64,000 nt of DNA from Spirochaetia bacterium. GTDB taxonomy: Bacteria; Spirochaetota; Spirochaetia; SZUA-6; Bin103. The stretch lies in contig CBDBDQ010000005.1 in assembly GCA_965203905.1 (NCBI GenBank), positions 4,576,001-4,640,000 on the forward strand. Direction: 5' to 3'. Position 1 is the first letter of the stretch. Every line of letters starts with the position of its first letter. Of this stretch, positions 1 through 10,093 are shown piece by piece. The position numbers and the translations under genes were made by a program. A model generated the notes under the pieces. The model saw nothing but the letters and a program-made list of their open reading frames with translations. It ran no database searches and was not told the DNA's origin.

Positions 1-283
1 TCCTGAACTACCTGGAGAACCACCCTGAGCTGACCGCCACCGCAGTGCTGCGCAAGCTGCAGACCGACGGCCGCATCACCGGCACTCCCTCCAGCTCCGC
101 ACTGTCCCGGCTGGTGCGCTCAGCCGGCCTGCAGCGCTCGGCTCGCCAGCAGCAGGCGCACGGCGAGCAGCACCTGAAGTTCGAGTTCTTCGCCCCGCTG
201 GAGTGTGTTCAAGCCGACTTCATGTACGGACCACGCCTGCTCGACGCCAACGGCCGCCGCCGCATCGCCCTGCTGCTCGCCTT
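1..283 (+). mobile_element. Truncated DDE integrase/transposase fragment (rve-type, IS481-like)
   Basis: Frame is open from the window edge and reads ...KFEFFAPLECVQADFMYGP...RIALLLAL, which resembles the first catalytic-Asp strand of rve-domain transposases. Composition turns abruptly AT-rich at about 283. Confidence 0.65.
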
Positions 284-291
284 GAAAACCA

Positions 292-945
292 GTGGTATCA
301 AGCACACCAAAGATCACGCTAACGGATTTTGTCAAGTTTATGATGGCATCGGGATCGCAACAGCGGACCATATTGCGTCGCCACAAATACGATGACGACG
401 TGGAGGGCGTAGCGATTAGGAAATACTATCGCGAAGCATACAATACGCTTCATCGATTCTACCGAAGCAATCATTCGACGACGTGGCTATCTGATCAAGC
501 TGATCTTTTGGCGGCAACATCGACACCTCCGACACCGCGTGCGCAAGCGCGATTAGATCATAACATAGACTCAATTCGTCAATTTGAGACGTGTTTCGGC
601 AATCGTAATATCGGGGGGAATAGCCCTGGACCCATGCTTTCTTATTCACACGATGGCCTGCTTATTAAGGTCTATACCGATATCTTCGGTTCTGAGGGTC
701 GATACGAAAGGTTGATTAAGTTTCACTTTGCAGATTCGAGAGATCCAGAACAGTTCTCAAAGATTGTTTGTCAAGTCATGTTCGAAGCTGCGCTCAACGC
801 GGGTCACGCCATTCCAAGTTCGGCAGTACGTGTGTGGGACCGCTATTCGTGTAAGGAGTATAAGCTCGCTCGTGTGGGCGCACGAATGAAAAAGGACATT
901 GAGGCGACCTGTACCACAATTGTGGCGCTGTGGGACACGCTCTAA
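292..945 (+). CDS. Hypothetical protein, possible PD-(D/E)XK-like fold
   Basis: 217-aa ORF in AT-rich DNA with globular composition; IKVYTDIF...RLIKFHF resembles a restriction-endonuclease core. Start uncertain. Confidence 0.6.
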   Translation: MVSSTPKITLTDFVKFMMASGSQQRTILRRHKYDDDVEGVAIRKYYREAYNTLHRFYRSNHSTTWLSDQADLLAATSTPPTPRAQARLDHNIDSIRQFETCFGNRNIGGNSPGPMLSYSHDGLLIKVYTDIFGSEGRYERLIKFHFADSRDPEQFSKIVCQVMFEAALNAGHAIPSSAVRVWDRYSCKEYKLARVGARMKKDIEATCTTIVALWDTL

Positions 946-989
946 CGAAAGAAGATAATTTTATTCGACAAATCCCCGACACTTCGATT

Positions 990-1115
990 GTTAGCCCTTG
1001 CCAACCACCCTTATCAACCCTACTGCCCAAAGGCTAACCGGTGCCGATGGGCACCGGGGTTATGGTCATGGGCTAAGGGGTTATGGTGGAGCCGATGGGC
1101 AATAGGGGTATGAGT
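990..1115. repeat. Short degenerate direct and inverted repeat cluster
   Basis: GGGGTTATGGT at 1056 and 1077; GCCGATGGGCA at 1043 and 1091; perfect hairpin CCGGTGCC-gatg-GGCACCGG at 1038-1057. Confidence 0.6.
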
Positions 1116-1898
1116 GCCTTTACGGGCCGGGATGCTGGTACTGGCGGATCGGAACTACTTCGGATTCCCGCTGTGGCTGCGGGCACTGCAGACCGGCGCC
1201 GACCTGCTGTGGCGGGTGAAGGCACGGGTTCGCTTGCCGGTGCTGGAACGGCTGCCTGATGGGTCGTTTCGCAGTGTCGTCCGTGGCAGTGGTCAGGACC
1301 GCAGGCGCAGCCGGGGTGAGTGTCCGATCCGGGTCGTGGAGTATCGGATCGCAGGTGAAGGCGATGAGGTGTACCGGCTCGCCACCACCTTGCTGGATCC
1401 CGAGCAAGCGCCAGCAACCGAATTGGCGGCGCTGTATCATGAGCGCTGGGAGAGCGAGAACACCTATGACGAGGTCAAGACGCACCTGCTCGGCCCCGGT
1501 GCCGTGCTGCGCAGCAAGACGCCGGAGTTGGTGCGCCAGGAGGTGGACGGATCGATGCTGGCGTACTATGCGGTGCGCCGCCTGATCCACGCGGCCGCCC
1601 GCCAAGCCGACGAGGATCCGGACCGACTATCGTTCGTGCATGCCGTCCAGGTCGTACGCCGTCGGGTCCAGAACCCCGGTGCTTTTCCCCCCAGCGGACC
1701 AGGGTAGACAGCTTGTCCGGATGGTCCTGGAGGAGATTCTGGAAGAACAGGTGGTCTCCAGCCGCGGGCAGCGGAAGCCGCGTGGTGTCAAACGCAAGAT
1801 GAGCAGCTATCGGGTGCGACGGCGGGGGCAGCTCTCGACTCGGAAACACTCATGGACACCCCATGTCGTGGGGGCTGCTTATTAAAGCAACAGTATTG
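1114..1898 (+). mobile_element. IS4-family element, 5'-truncated (C-terminal transposase plus right end)
   Basis: LADRNY, LYHERWESENTYDEVKTH (Y-x2-R-x3-E-x6-K signature) and LRSKTPELVRQE. Right end reads CAATACTGTT on the minus strand, ending at 1898. N-terminal half is missing. Confidence 0.85.
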
Positions 1899-2656
1899 GT
1901 TTTAATCCCGACTCTTGCTGTACGAAGTAGCAGCGTTCTTCTGACTCCCGCACGACTATCTTGTCTCGGAGACCGACCACCGACCGGGTTGCGGCAACGA
2001 TTCTATCGAACACCTCGGGGTCTGAATCCTGCAAGTGGTACAAGCGTTCGGCGAGATTGCGTCCGTAAGGGTCAAACGGCGTGGATTCTGCGAAAGTTGC
2101 GTCCCGGGCGAAGGAGGTATGGACTAGGATCGAAGAATCCCCATCGACTGATGAACTCCGTGACCTCACGGGCAGCGAACGAAGCGTCCGCAGATGCGGC
2201 ACTCTGTGCACAAGCGGTCGGGCTCTGCTTCAGTGTTACTGACCGTTGCTCTTCACCAGACCACCACCAACCGTCACCGTTCTTGGCATTGAGCAGTTCC
2301 GCACGCGGCTGCCCCTGCAAAGCCTGATACACCTGCTCCTCAACGAAAAAGTCGTGGTCCGTTCGGACCAATCGTACGAACCAGTCGTAGCGGGTGTCAG
2401 CATCTTTGAGGGAAACCACAAGCGATATGTAGCTGGCATCCTGGCCCTTCCATGCGAGATTGAGAAAATTCCCGCGCGAGTACACAGGCGCCTCGAAATC
2501 GCGAGCGCGTACCACCTCGCTTAGAAAGCGCAACGCATCGAGTATTGAACTCTTGCCGGAAGCGTTGGCCCCAAAGAATAGCGTCAGGCTGTCTACGGTG
2601 ACGTTGGTTTCGCGCAGGCTCCGGTAGTTCCTGACGTCTATCGTCAACAGCTTCAT
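1899..2656 (-). pseudogene. AAA/ABC-type ATPase (AAA_21-like), frameshifted and cut by the IS4 end
   Basis: N-terminus IDVRNYRSL...GANASGKS (Walker A). One extra base near 2104 shifts into ...FDPYGRNLAERL...QQESGLKP, which runs straight into the IS end at 1898. The signature and Walker B half are absent. Confidence 0.8.
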
Positions 2657-2676
2657 GGTCTCTCAACGTCGGCCTA

Positions 2677-3360
2677 TCACCTGCGGCGGGCGAGCCATTC
2701 GATGCCCTGCTGGAAGATCTGCCGGAAGCCGGGGTTGGTCCACTCGGAGGCGTCGTGACCGGACTGCCAGCACAGCACCCGCGAGCGCTGCAGTTCGTGG
2801 CACCACGCCAGCGAGGCGATGTTGCGCTCGTGGTCGTGGGTCAGCAGTACGGTGCTGTCGGCGCCGCAGGAGGGCAGCAGGAAGCCCTCGCCGGCGATCG
2901 CGAAGTCGGCCACGCCGAGAGTGACCGGATGCTCGGATTGTTCCACGTGGACATTCATGTCGATGCGCGGCTCGAAGCGCCCCGGCTTCTTCAGGGTACG
3001 GTCGGTGGAGTTGCAGACGCGGTCGTAGGCCGGGCTGTCGGGAAACGACAGCAGCGCGTGGTGCCACACGAACCAGCCCTGCCCGGTGCTCCCGATCCGC
3101 TCGATCGCCTCGTTGATGCGCTGGTCCATGTCCCGGCGCAGGCTGGCGATGCCCCACGCCACCATGTGATAGAACACGAACACGTCGTACTGGTCGGCGA
3201 CCGGTGACCCGACCCAGTTGTCGATGTCCTGCAGATACCAGTCGACACCCTCGAGCGAGTCGAACAGGGCCTTGAAGGCGGGCACGTCGTAGCCGTGGCC
3301 GCCGACGATCACCGCGGCCTTGATGGCGCCGGTGGCGGGAAGGTCGGTTGCCATCGCCAA
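2677..3360 (-). CDS. ThuA-like (class I glutamine amidotransferase-like fold) protein
   Basis: GGHGYD, YDVFVFY, HPVT.G..DF, SRV...QSGHD, W.NP.F motifs typical of ThuA domains. Confidence 0.75.
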   Translation of the reverse strand: MAMATDLPATGAIKAAVIVGGHGYDVPAFKALFDSLEGVDWYLQDIDNWVGSPVADQYDVFVFYHMVAWGIASLRRDMDQRINEAIERIGSTGQGWFVWHHALLSFPDSPAYDRVCNSTDRTLKKPGRFEPRIDMNVHVEQSEHPVTLGVADFAIAGEGFLLPSCGADSTVLLTHDHERNIASLAWCHELQRSRVLCWQSGHDASEWTNPGFRQIFQQGIEWLARRR

Positions 3361-3363
3361 CCG

Positions 3364-3900
3364 CTACACCAGGCGCTCGGGGAGCACCGACTGGTCGTCG
3401 GGAAGGGTCTTCATGATGTGGTCGACCCGCCCCTGGTGCCCCTCGCCGGCGCGATGCCCGGACAGCACCATGATGTAGCGCATCTTGCCGGCCTGCTTTG
3501 TGGCCCAGCCGCCGTTGTGCCACACGTTGGGCTTCAGCACGTAGGCGTCGCCGGCCTGCACGCGGAAGGCGATCAGGTCCTCCACCCGCGGCTCGTCGTC
3601 GGGGTCGTCCGGCTTGCGGCAGGGCGCCATCGGCATCAGGTACTCGCCCTCCAGGCAGACGAACAGTTCCTCGGTGTTGAGGTGGCGATCGAAGCCGTTG
3701 GACGGTTCCGACCGGGTAGACTCCAGGTAGGAGATGTCGACGTCCGAGCCGGAGCCGATGTTGAAGCCGCTCATCGCCGGCCAGAACTGCGAAGGCCTGT
3801 CCACGTCCTTCTGCGGCCAGCTCACCCTGCGCGCCACCCTGGCGAACTCCGGCGCGTCGGTCTCCTGCACCGGAATGGTGCGTAGCTTGTCGTTGCCCAT
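3364..3900 (-). CDS. Ureidoglycolate lyase-like cupin protein
   Basis: DRHLNTEELF and LKPNVWH cupin metal motifs; GAGGAG RBS upstream. Confidence 0.7.
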   Translation of the reverse strand: MGNDKLRTIPVQETDAPEFARVARRVSWPQKDVDRPSQFWPAMSGFNIGSGSDVDISYLESTRSEPSNGFDRHLNTEELFVCLEGEYLMPMAPCRKPDDPDDEPRVEDLIAFRVQAGDAYVLKPNVWHNGGWATKQAGKMRYIMVLSGHRAGEGHQGRVDHIMKTLPDDQSVLPERLV

Positions 3901-4063
3901 GAATGCTCCTCGTGGGGTAACAGGTATGGAAGAATGATAGCGGTGCGCGGCGTACGGGTCATGCGCGATTCGCGGAGCTGGCGCGCTGGCGAAGGCAGTG
4001 CGTGTTGTGCGAGCCGCAGCGCCGTGCTGCCGGACGAGGTCTCACCCGCTGGCCGGAGCAGCC

Positions 4064-7000
4064 TCAGGCGCGCCGGGATGGCGGACTGACGTCGACCACA
4101 CAGACCGATATCCTGCGTCGTAGCTCGTCCGACAGCATCGATTCCAACTGTTTCCGAAGCTCGTCAGGGCCGGCTGGACGAACGCCGCGAGGCGATGGCG
4201 GCGAGTCTCCCGTGCCAAACCAGAACACGAGATAGATGCCGTGTCCGCCTGTTGCCGGGTCGCTGAGGTATCCGTTGATCAACTGGTTGTGGATTGCACT
4301 CCATAATCTCCTGTGGCTGTTTCTCTTGATCTCTATCGGGACGTGGAAGTCGTTGCAGGTAACTCGTATGTCGGCTTGTCCGTCATTGGCGTACCGCCCT
4401 TCCGGCTGCGCGTCGACTTCCGCTGGTAGACGCTGCCGAAGATCGGAAAGAATAGCATCCCGGCACGAGTTCTCGGGCTTCGGCGTTGTAGGCCGTTCAT
4501 ACTGGTCTACGTTCCAATATTGGCGCCAGTCGTCGGTGTTGTCGGTCCGTATTCGGATGGCGATCTCGTCCAGGCGGTCAGTCACCAGGGCGGCAAGGTC
4601 TCCTGGGTTGGCTGGTGGTCCGTCGTGCAGCGTGCCGCAGGCTTGGTCGACGCTGGGGTGCCGATAAAGAGTATCGCGGCGGACCACGCGTTGGCGGTCG
4701 CGGGCGGTGATCAGGTTCGAGTTCCAGGAGGAAAGCGCCGTGTCCGACGCAAGCTCATCCAGTGCATCGCTCGCTTCCGGTTGGGGCAGGGCCGCGAGTC
4801 GTTGGATCATCTCATACACACTCGGCGACACATCGGCGGACGGAGTTTCCAGGATGCCCGACGCATCTGATATCCAGCGTCCGACGGTAGTTCCGAGGAG
4901 ACTGATGTAGTACTTCAATGCCGATACAGTCAGTTCGTCGATGGTTGGACCTGCCCGTCGCAGGAACTCGGCGAGATGCGAGATGAGCCGCTCCCTGCGT
5001 TGTACGAGATCTTTCAAGGGATCAAGGTAGCAGTTGGGACGAACGATGACTCCCATCGCAAGCCAGTGAACCCTCTGCGCGACGGTCATGCTCGGACGGG
5101 ATAGCTTCTCCGCAATCAATCCAAGAAAGGACCGTCGATCGGCGTACCGGTGGGCAGCATGGAGCAGATCATCCAGATTCCGAAGCTGTTCTGCCGTGCA
5201 CCGAAGGGGGAAGCCGCGCAATAGCGGCATGGCCGCGTGACGGGCTACGCGGCTATGATCTTCCATGAGTAGCTGATGAACGATGGAGTAGTCGCACTTT
5301 CCGCTGCGAAGAACCGTAGCGGCGCAACCGACGAGTACGTCAGCGACGGTTTTGGGACACCGGTCCAGCAGCGTTAGGTACCACCCCGAACCCTGCGGCC
5401 CCGTGCGGAGGCCGGGCGAGCCGAAACGGAACGCGAGAGCCTGTCTGACCTGTCTGTCATTCATTCGGAGCACCGCTTCATGTTCGATTTCTTCCATACC
5501 CACCAGGAACGGTAGGGCGACGCGGTACTCTTGACCGCTTCCCGTATTGCCGATGATCTCGGCTGGTTCCGGAACCTCGTTGCGGCTCAGCGTGCCGCGC
5601 ATACCGGCGAGTGTGGCCTCGACCAGGGATTCTTCGTTTCGAAAGAGACTCCTGATCCGTTCTACGGGACTGGCCCCGCGAGCCTCCATGAGCGAGCCGA
5701 AGTATGCCTTTCCGGTGAGATACAATATATCGAGACCGCCCATTCCGGAACACAGTTCGGCAACACTCTCGCGTACGTAGGCAATCCAATTACTGTGGTT
5801 TCGCTCTCGTTCTTCACGCGATCCGCGCTGCTCTTGGAGGCCGCTCGGATAGTAGACGCGACAATGGAGCAGACCCTTGAGTTCCTGACGCAAGCGTGCG
5901 CTGCTCCGGGTGAGTTCGAACAATACTTCCAGCGTCAAACCCCGGTTGTACCTCTGGTCGGCTAGAGCACGACAGGAACAGTAAAGAAAGTACGGGGTGG
6001 ATGGCGCATCGGTAGCTGCTGCGGCTTGCTGCAGGCACCAGAGTCCGTAGTCCGGGGGAAAGTCTGCGCCGTAGCGGATGGCGTCGACATCGTCGACCTT
6101 CGATAGAATGGAATCTCCAGGATCGGTCCGACTGCTTACCAGCTCGGCTATCACTGCCTTCAGGGTGTCCGGACGCCGTTGCAGCCAGGACCGGATACGC
6201 CGGACGGTATCAATCGACATTCGGCGCAGGTCCGGGAACATGTCGACCGTGAGCCAGTCACAGAGGCGTGCGGTATCCGGAGTATCGCCATGGATCTCGA
6301 GGCCACGCGCCAACAGCTTTAGCGGGACGTCGTGGAGATCGTGACTGTCCACGGCATGCTTCAGCTCGTGGCGTCGCGAAGCGAACGAATCCAGCAGTGC
6401 TGCAACGTTCGATGCGTTCTCGACGAGATCGACGCGCCAGAACTGACGATAGGGTCCGGAAGCGTACCGCTGGGCTGTAACCGATAGGTAATCCCAGATC
6501 TCGGAGGGGGCAATGCGGCGAGGATAGAGTTTGGTCAGCACGGTTCCGAGCAGCTCGTTGTTGAAATCGGAAACTCGTCCGGAGGTCAGGTCAATGAGCA
6601 GCCGCTCAAGCCTGCCGTCTCTGACAGTGCGGTCCGTACAATTGTGGAGAAACGCCTCCAGCATCATGCAAGGAAGCTGTACCCATCGGTGGCCCCGGTA
6701 GACCAGGTCGAACAGGAAATCGGCCAGGCCCGGGAGCGGTGTGCCGTGTGTGAGCGCAAGCAACACCAGGGCCTCGAAATACGGCTCTTTCGCCGGCGTT
6801 GTCAGCACGTCGCGAATTACCGATTCCATGTCCCGAGTAGCGAGTGCTCCAACCGCCTCCGGACTCCAGGTCAACGAGCGGAGTCGCGAGGCCTCCCGGC
6901 TCAGCGCGGCCAGCAGCATGCGCTTCTCCGAGGTCGTGAATTGGCGCACGTCACCGTAAGAGACCACCCCGATCGGATCACGCTCGACGAGTTCCGACCG

Positions 7001-8098
7001 CGCCTCCGGGCAGAGCGCCGCGAGCCAGGCGGACAGCCCTCTCTGCTCCGTCACGACCGTTCCATCTTCGCCGGTGATCAGGGCAAGTACGCGCCGCGCG
7101 GGGAGGTCGCCGGCGATGAGCCGAGCGAGGTGGTGCGCGCCCAGGAAGTCGGCCAAGTGGCGATGTACTGGGGTCAAACGACCTTCGGTCTTCGCCGTGA
7201 ACAGCTTCGTGGACAGCGCGTACCGCAGAGTGTGGCGATCATACTTACACCGGTCGGGATTCAGGTAATCGTCGTCCACGTAATCGAGGTCGGTTGCGTA
7301 GCCTGCACAACCGGTGGGGATGAGGATCGCACACATGCGCCCGGCGGCATCCAGCGTGCAATCCGCCGCGGGTGCTGGCCCGACGTGGCGGCGCTCTCGG
7401 TTGTGCTCCTCTACCACGAGGCGACACGCCTTACTGAATGTCTCAAGGCGGGTTTCCGGCCACTCTCCGCTGCTCGCTACCACGTCTGTCAACAAGCAGA
7501 GGCTTTGCGGATTCCTCAGCAGGCCATCGACCCCTCTATCCGTCGCCGTTCGGATGAATGCCGAAGCGTCGGGAATGTCCGCCCGCGCCTCCAGGACTCG
7601 ACTGGCATCCGAATCGGTCAGCGGGTCGAGCCGCAGGACGACCACCGCTGAGCCATGCGGCGTCACTGCGGTGAGTTGCCCGCGGTCGTTGTCTCCCAGC
7701 CAGTCGGCGGTGCGGCAGGACAGGCGGAAGCGGGGTCGTCCGAGCTTGTCCAGACGGAAGCGTATTCGGTCGAACGGAGCGTGCTTGTCGGGCGATCCGG
7801 CGCGGCGCTCGTCGAGGGCGTCGATGAACAGCGTCTTGCCGTGCCACTCGGGATGATCGTCCGGGGAGAAGGTGAGGAAATCTCGTGCTGTCACGAAACA
7901 GGCGGCTTCACCCAGCGCTTCGCACTCGCGCTTGAATGCCGTGGTCTTGCCGGCGCCGGGATCGCCGAGCAGCACATAGGCTGGGGTGGACCGATAGCTC
8001 TCCAGCGACCGTCCGGCGTTGGCCGGAGTGCGTGCCGCATCCGCTGCGGTGTTCGCGTCCCTGATTTCGGTACAGGTGCGGGCGACGATGAGACTCAT
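4064..8098 (-). CDS. NACHT/STAND NTPase with helical middle region and C-terminal PD-(D/E)XK nuclease-like domain
   Basis: Walker A GDPGAGKT, Walker B LFIDALDE, RLSCR sensor, NPQSL, HRHLADFL; C-terminal E...ADI...PIEIK...QL...GIYLVFWFG. Confidence 0.85.
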   Translation of the reverse strand: MSLIVARTCTEIRDANTAADAARTPANAGRSLESYRSTPAYVLLGDPGAGKTTAFKRECEALGEAACFVTARDFLTFSPDDHPEWHGKTLFIDALDERRAGSPDKHAPFDRIRFRLDKLGRPRFRLSCRTADWLGDNDRGQLTAVTPHGSAVVVLRLDPLTDSDASRVLEARADIPDASAFIRTATDRGVDGLLRNPQSLCLLTDVVASSGEWPETRLETFSKACRLVVEEHNRERRHVGPAPAADCTLDAAGRMCAILIPTGCAGYATDLDYVDDDYLNPDRCKYDRHTLRYALSTKLFTAKTEGRLTPVHRHLADFLGAHHLARLIAGDLPARRVLALITGEDGTVVTEQRGLSAWLAALCPEARSELVERDPIGVVSYGDVRQFTTSEKRMLLAALSREASRLRSLTWSPEAVGALATRDMESVIRDVLTTPAKEPYFEALVLLALTHGTPLPGLADFLFDLVYRGHRWVQLPCMMLEAFLHNCTDRTVRDGRLERLLIDLTSGRVSDFNNELLGTVLTKLYPRRIAPSEIWDYLSVTAQRYASGPYRQFWRVDLVENASNVAALLDSFASRRHELKHAVDSHDLHDVPLKLLARGLEIHGDTPDTARLCDWLTVDMFPDLRRMSIDTVRRIRSWLQRRPDTLKAVIAELVSSRTDPGDSILSKVDDVDAIRYGADFPPDYGLWCLQQAAAATDAPSTPYFLYCSCRALADQRYNRGLTLEVLFELTRSSARLRQELKGLLHCRVYYPSGLQEQRGSREERERNHSNWIAYVRESVAELCSGMGGLDILYLTGKAYFGSLMEARGASPVERIRSLFRNEESLVEATLAGMRGTLSRNEVPEPAEIIGNTGSGQEYRVALPFLVGMEEIEHEAVLRMNDRQVRQALAFRFGSPGLRTGPQGSGWYLTLLDRCPKTVADVLVGCAATVLRSGKCDYSIVHQLLMEDHSRVARHAAMPLLRGFPLRCTAEQLRNLDDLLHAAHRYADRRSFLGLIAEKLSRPSMTVAQRVHWLAMGVIVRPNCYLDPLKDLVQRRERLISHLAEFLRRAGPTIDELTVSALKYYISLLGTTVGRWISDASGILETPSADVSPSVYEMIQRLAALPQPEASDALDELASDTALSSWNSNLITARDRQRVVRRDTLYRHPSVDQACGTLHDGPPANPGDLAALVTDRLDEIAIRIRTDNTDDWRQYWNVDQYERPTTPKPENSCRDAILSDLRQRLPAEVDAQPEGRYANDGQADIRVTCNDFHVPIEIKRNSHRRLWSAIHNQLINGYLSDPATGGHGIYLVFWFGTGDSPPSPRGVRPAGPDELRKQLESMLSDELRRRISVCVVDVSPPSRRA

Positions 8099-9372
8099 GC
8101 CTCGTCAAGCCAATGGTCGGCGGGCTGCTTGAGGAACTCGTCGAGCGGTACACCGCCCTCTCCCACCAGCAGCGAGCGACGAGGACGATACTGTCCTTCG
8201 AACGCCCGCATCCCGGGCAGCGCGCTGGTCGCTCCCCCCCGCGCGCTGCCGCTCTTGACCTCTATCGCGACCAGTCGCGGCCCGCGCTGCAGCACGAAGT
8301 CCACCTCGTGCGAACCGCGGCGCCAGTAGTGCAGGTGCACGTTGGACTTCGCGGTGTTGTACAGGTGCGCACCGACGGCGCTCTCGACGATCCGGCCCCA
8401 GAACGTCCGGTCCGCCATCGCTTCTTCGAAGGAGTATCCGGAGCCGGCGGTCATCAGGGCCGTGTTGAGCACATTTAGCTTGGGACTGGATGCGCGTCGC
8501 CCGGCAGCCGTACCGGTGTATTTCGGCAGTCCAGCGACGAGTCCGGCCATGCCGAGCAGCTCGAGATAGCGCGCCAGGGTGGTCGTGTTGCCGGCGTCGT
8601 CGAGTTGGCCGAGCATCTTGGTGTATGACAGGATCTGTCCGGAGTATGCCGCTCCCAACTCGAACAGCCGCTTCAGAAGCGCCGGCTTGTCCACGCGTGT
8701 CAACGCAAGAATGTCGCGTTCGATGTTCGGCTCCACGACCGCCCCGAGAATGTAGTCGCGCCAGCGGTCCTCGTCGCCCACCAGACTGTAAGGCTCCGGG
8801 TAGCCTCCGAAGTAAAGGTAGTGCGGCAGGTCGAAGCCGAACGCGGATGAGATTTCCGCGAACGACCAGTGGGAAACGCGGATCCGCTCGAATCGGCCGG
8901 TGAGGCTCTCACTCAAGCCCGACTGCATGAGCAGGGGAGCGGATCCCAGAATGACCACGTGCAGCGGGCAGCCGCTCACCCGGTCGGCATCCCATAGTCC
9001 CTTCACCGTTTCCGACCACTGCGGAATCTTCTGTATCTCGTCCAACACCAGTACGAAGCCGCCCGGAGACCGTTCCGCCTCGATTCGCGCTTCTTCCCAG
9101 TTGCGAACCAGCCAAGCCGTGTCGCGTTCCTGTGGAACGGCGAGAGTCGGCTCCGCCGAATCGAATGGCGGAATAATCCCCGAGGGGTCGGGTTCGTCCA
9201 CGGGCAAACGGCGACCCTTGCGGTCGATCTGGCGCAATGCCTGCCGCGCAATGATCGTCTTGCCGGTCCGGCGCGGTCCGAACAGAGCAATGATCCGCTC
9301 TGGTGGCTCGTCGAGCCGTCGGCAGAGTGTTTCGACCTGCGCGCGTTCGAACGCCCCTGGCATTAAAGCCAT
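8095..9372 (-). CDS. AAA_14 / DUF4143 ATP-binding protein
   Basis: [27 protein letters not shown], then YWR...EVDFV...AIEVKSG. Stop overlaps the NACHT start (ATGA). Confidence 0.9.
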   Translation of the reverse strand: MALMPGAFERAQVETLCRRLDEPPERIIALFGPRRTGKTIIARQALRQIDRKGRRLPVDEPDPSGIIPPFDSAEPTLAVPQERDTAWLVRNWEEARIEAERSPGGFVLVLDEIQKIPQWSETVKGLWDADRVSGCPLHVVILGSAPLLMQSGLSESLTGRFERIRVSHWSFAEISSAFGFDLPHYLYFGGYPEPYSLVGDEDRWRDYILGAVVEPNIERDILALTRVDKPALLKRLFELGAAYSGQILSYTKMLGQLDDAGNTTTLARYLELLGMAGLVAGLPKYTGTAAGRRASSPKLNVLNTALMTAGSGYSFEEAMADRTFWGRIVESAVGAHLYNTAKSNVHLHYWRRGSHEVDFVLQRGPRLVAIEVKSGSARGGATSALPGMRAFEGQYRPRRSLLVGEGGVPLDEFLKQPADHWLDEA

Positions 9373-9487
9373 AAGTAAATATACTCAGGAATTTAATCCA
9401 TGGTCATGCCGCGGCGAGCCGGATGTGCACACCGACCTGGGTAGTTCCCGGTTGTGGTCATCCCTGGCTGCGGTGTATGGTTGGTGT

Positions 9488-9691
9488 ATGTCGCGCACCA
9501 ACATCGACGTGGACGACGAGGCCTGCGCCGAGGTGATGCGCCGGTACCGTCTGGCCACCAAGCGCGAAGCGGTGAATTTCGCGCTCCGCACGCTCGCAGC
9601 CGAGCCCCTCAGCGTGGAGGAGGCGCGTCGGCTGCGGGGCTCCGGCTGGCAGGGCGATCTCGACGAGTTGCGCTCCAGCCGCATCCGGTGA
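9488..9691 (+). CDS. vapB: VapB-type antitoxin (ribbon-helix-helix)
   Basis: [11 protein letters not shown]...[11 protein letters not shown]...[12 protein letters not shown]; overlaps the toxin start (GTGA). Confidence 0.85.
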   Translation: MSRTNIDVDDEACAEVMRRYRLATKREAVNFALRTLAAEPLSVEEARRLRGSGWQGDLDELRSSRIR

Positions 9692-10074
9692 TTCTGATCG
9701 ATACCTCGGCCTGGATAGAGTTTCTGCGCGATACCGGATCGCCGGTCTGCGATCGGGTCGAGACCCTGCTTGACGCCGACGTGGCGACCTGCCACCCGGT
9801 GCGGATGGAAGTGCTTGCCGGCGCGCGCGACGAGTACCACCTGGAACGGCTGCGCCGGCTGCTCGCGCGTGCGGTGATGGTTCCGGTGACACCCGCGGAC
9901 TACGACGATGCTGCGGCGCTGTATCGTCGCTGTCGGCGTCAGGGTGAATCCGTTCGCCGTCTCATCGACTGCCTTATCGCAGCGGTCGCGATCCGCGCCG
10001 ACACGCCGATCCTGCACCACGACGCCGACTTCGACGCGCTCGTTCGGCACACGGCTCTGCGCAGCGCCTCGTGA
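9688..10074 (+). CDS. vapC: VapC PIN-domain toxin
   Basis: [24 protein letters not shown] and HHDADFD acidic PIN motifs. Confidence 0.9.
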   Translation: MILIDTSAWIEFLRDTGSPVCDRVETLLDADVATCHPVRMEVLAGARDEYHLERLRRLLARAVMVPVTPADYDDAAALYRRCRRQGESVRRLIDCLIAAVAIRADTPILHHDADFDALVRHTALRSAS

Positions 10075-10093
10075 CTGATCCCAGGACCAAGGC

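Noticed and set aside
1640-1885. Second-frame ORF continuing past the IS4 transposase stop (possible programmed frameshift at TTTTCCCCCC)
   Set aside because: The element is truncated, and I cannot distinguish recoding from a mutation or the normal 3' end; treated as part of the IS.
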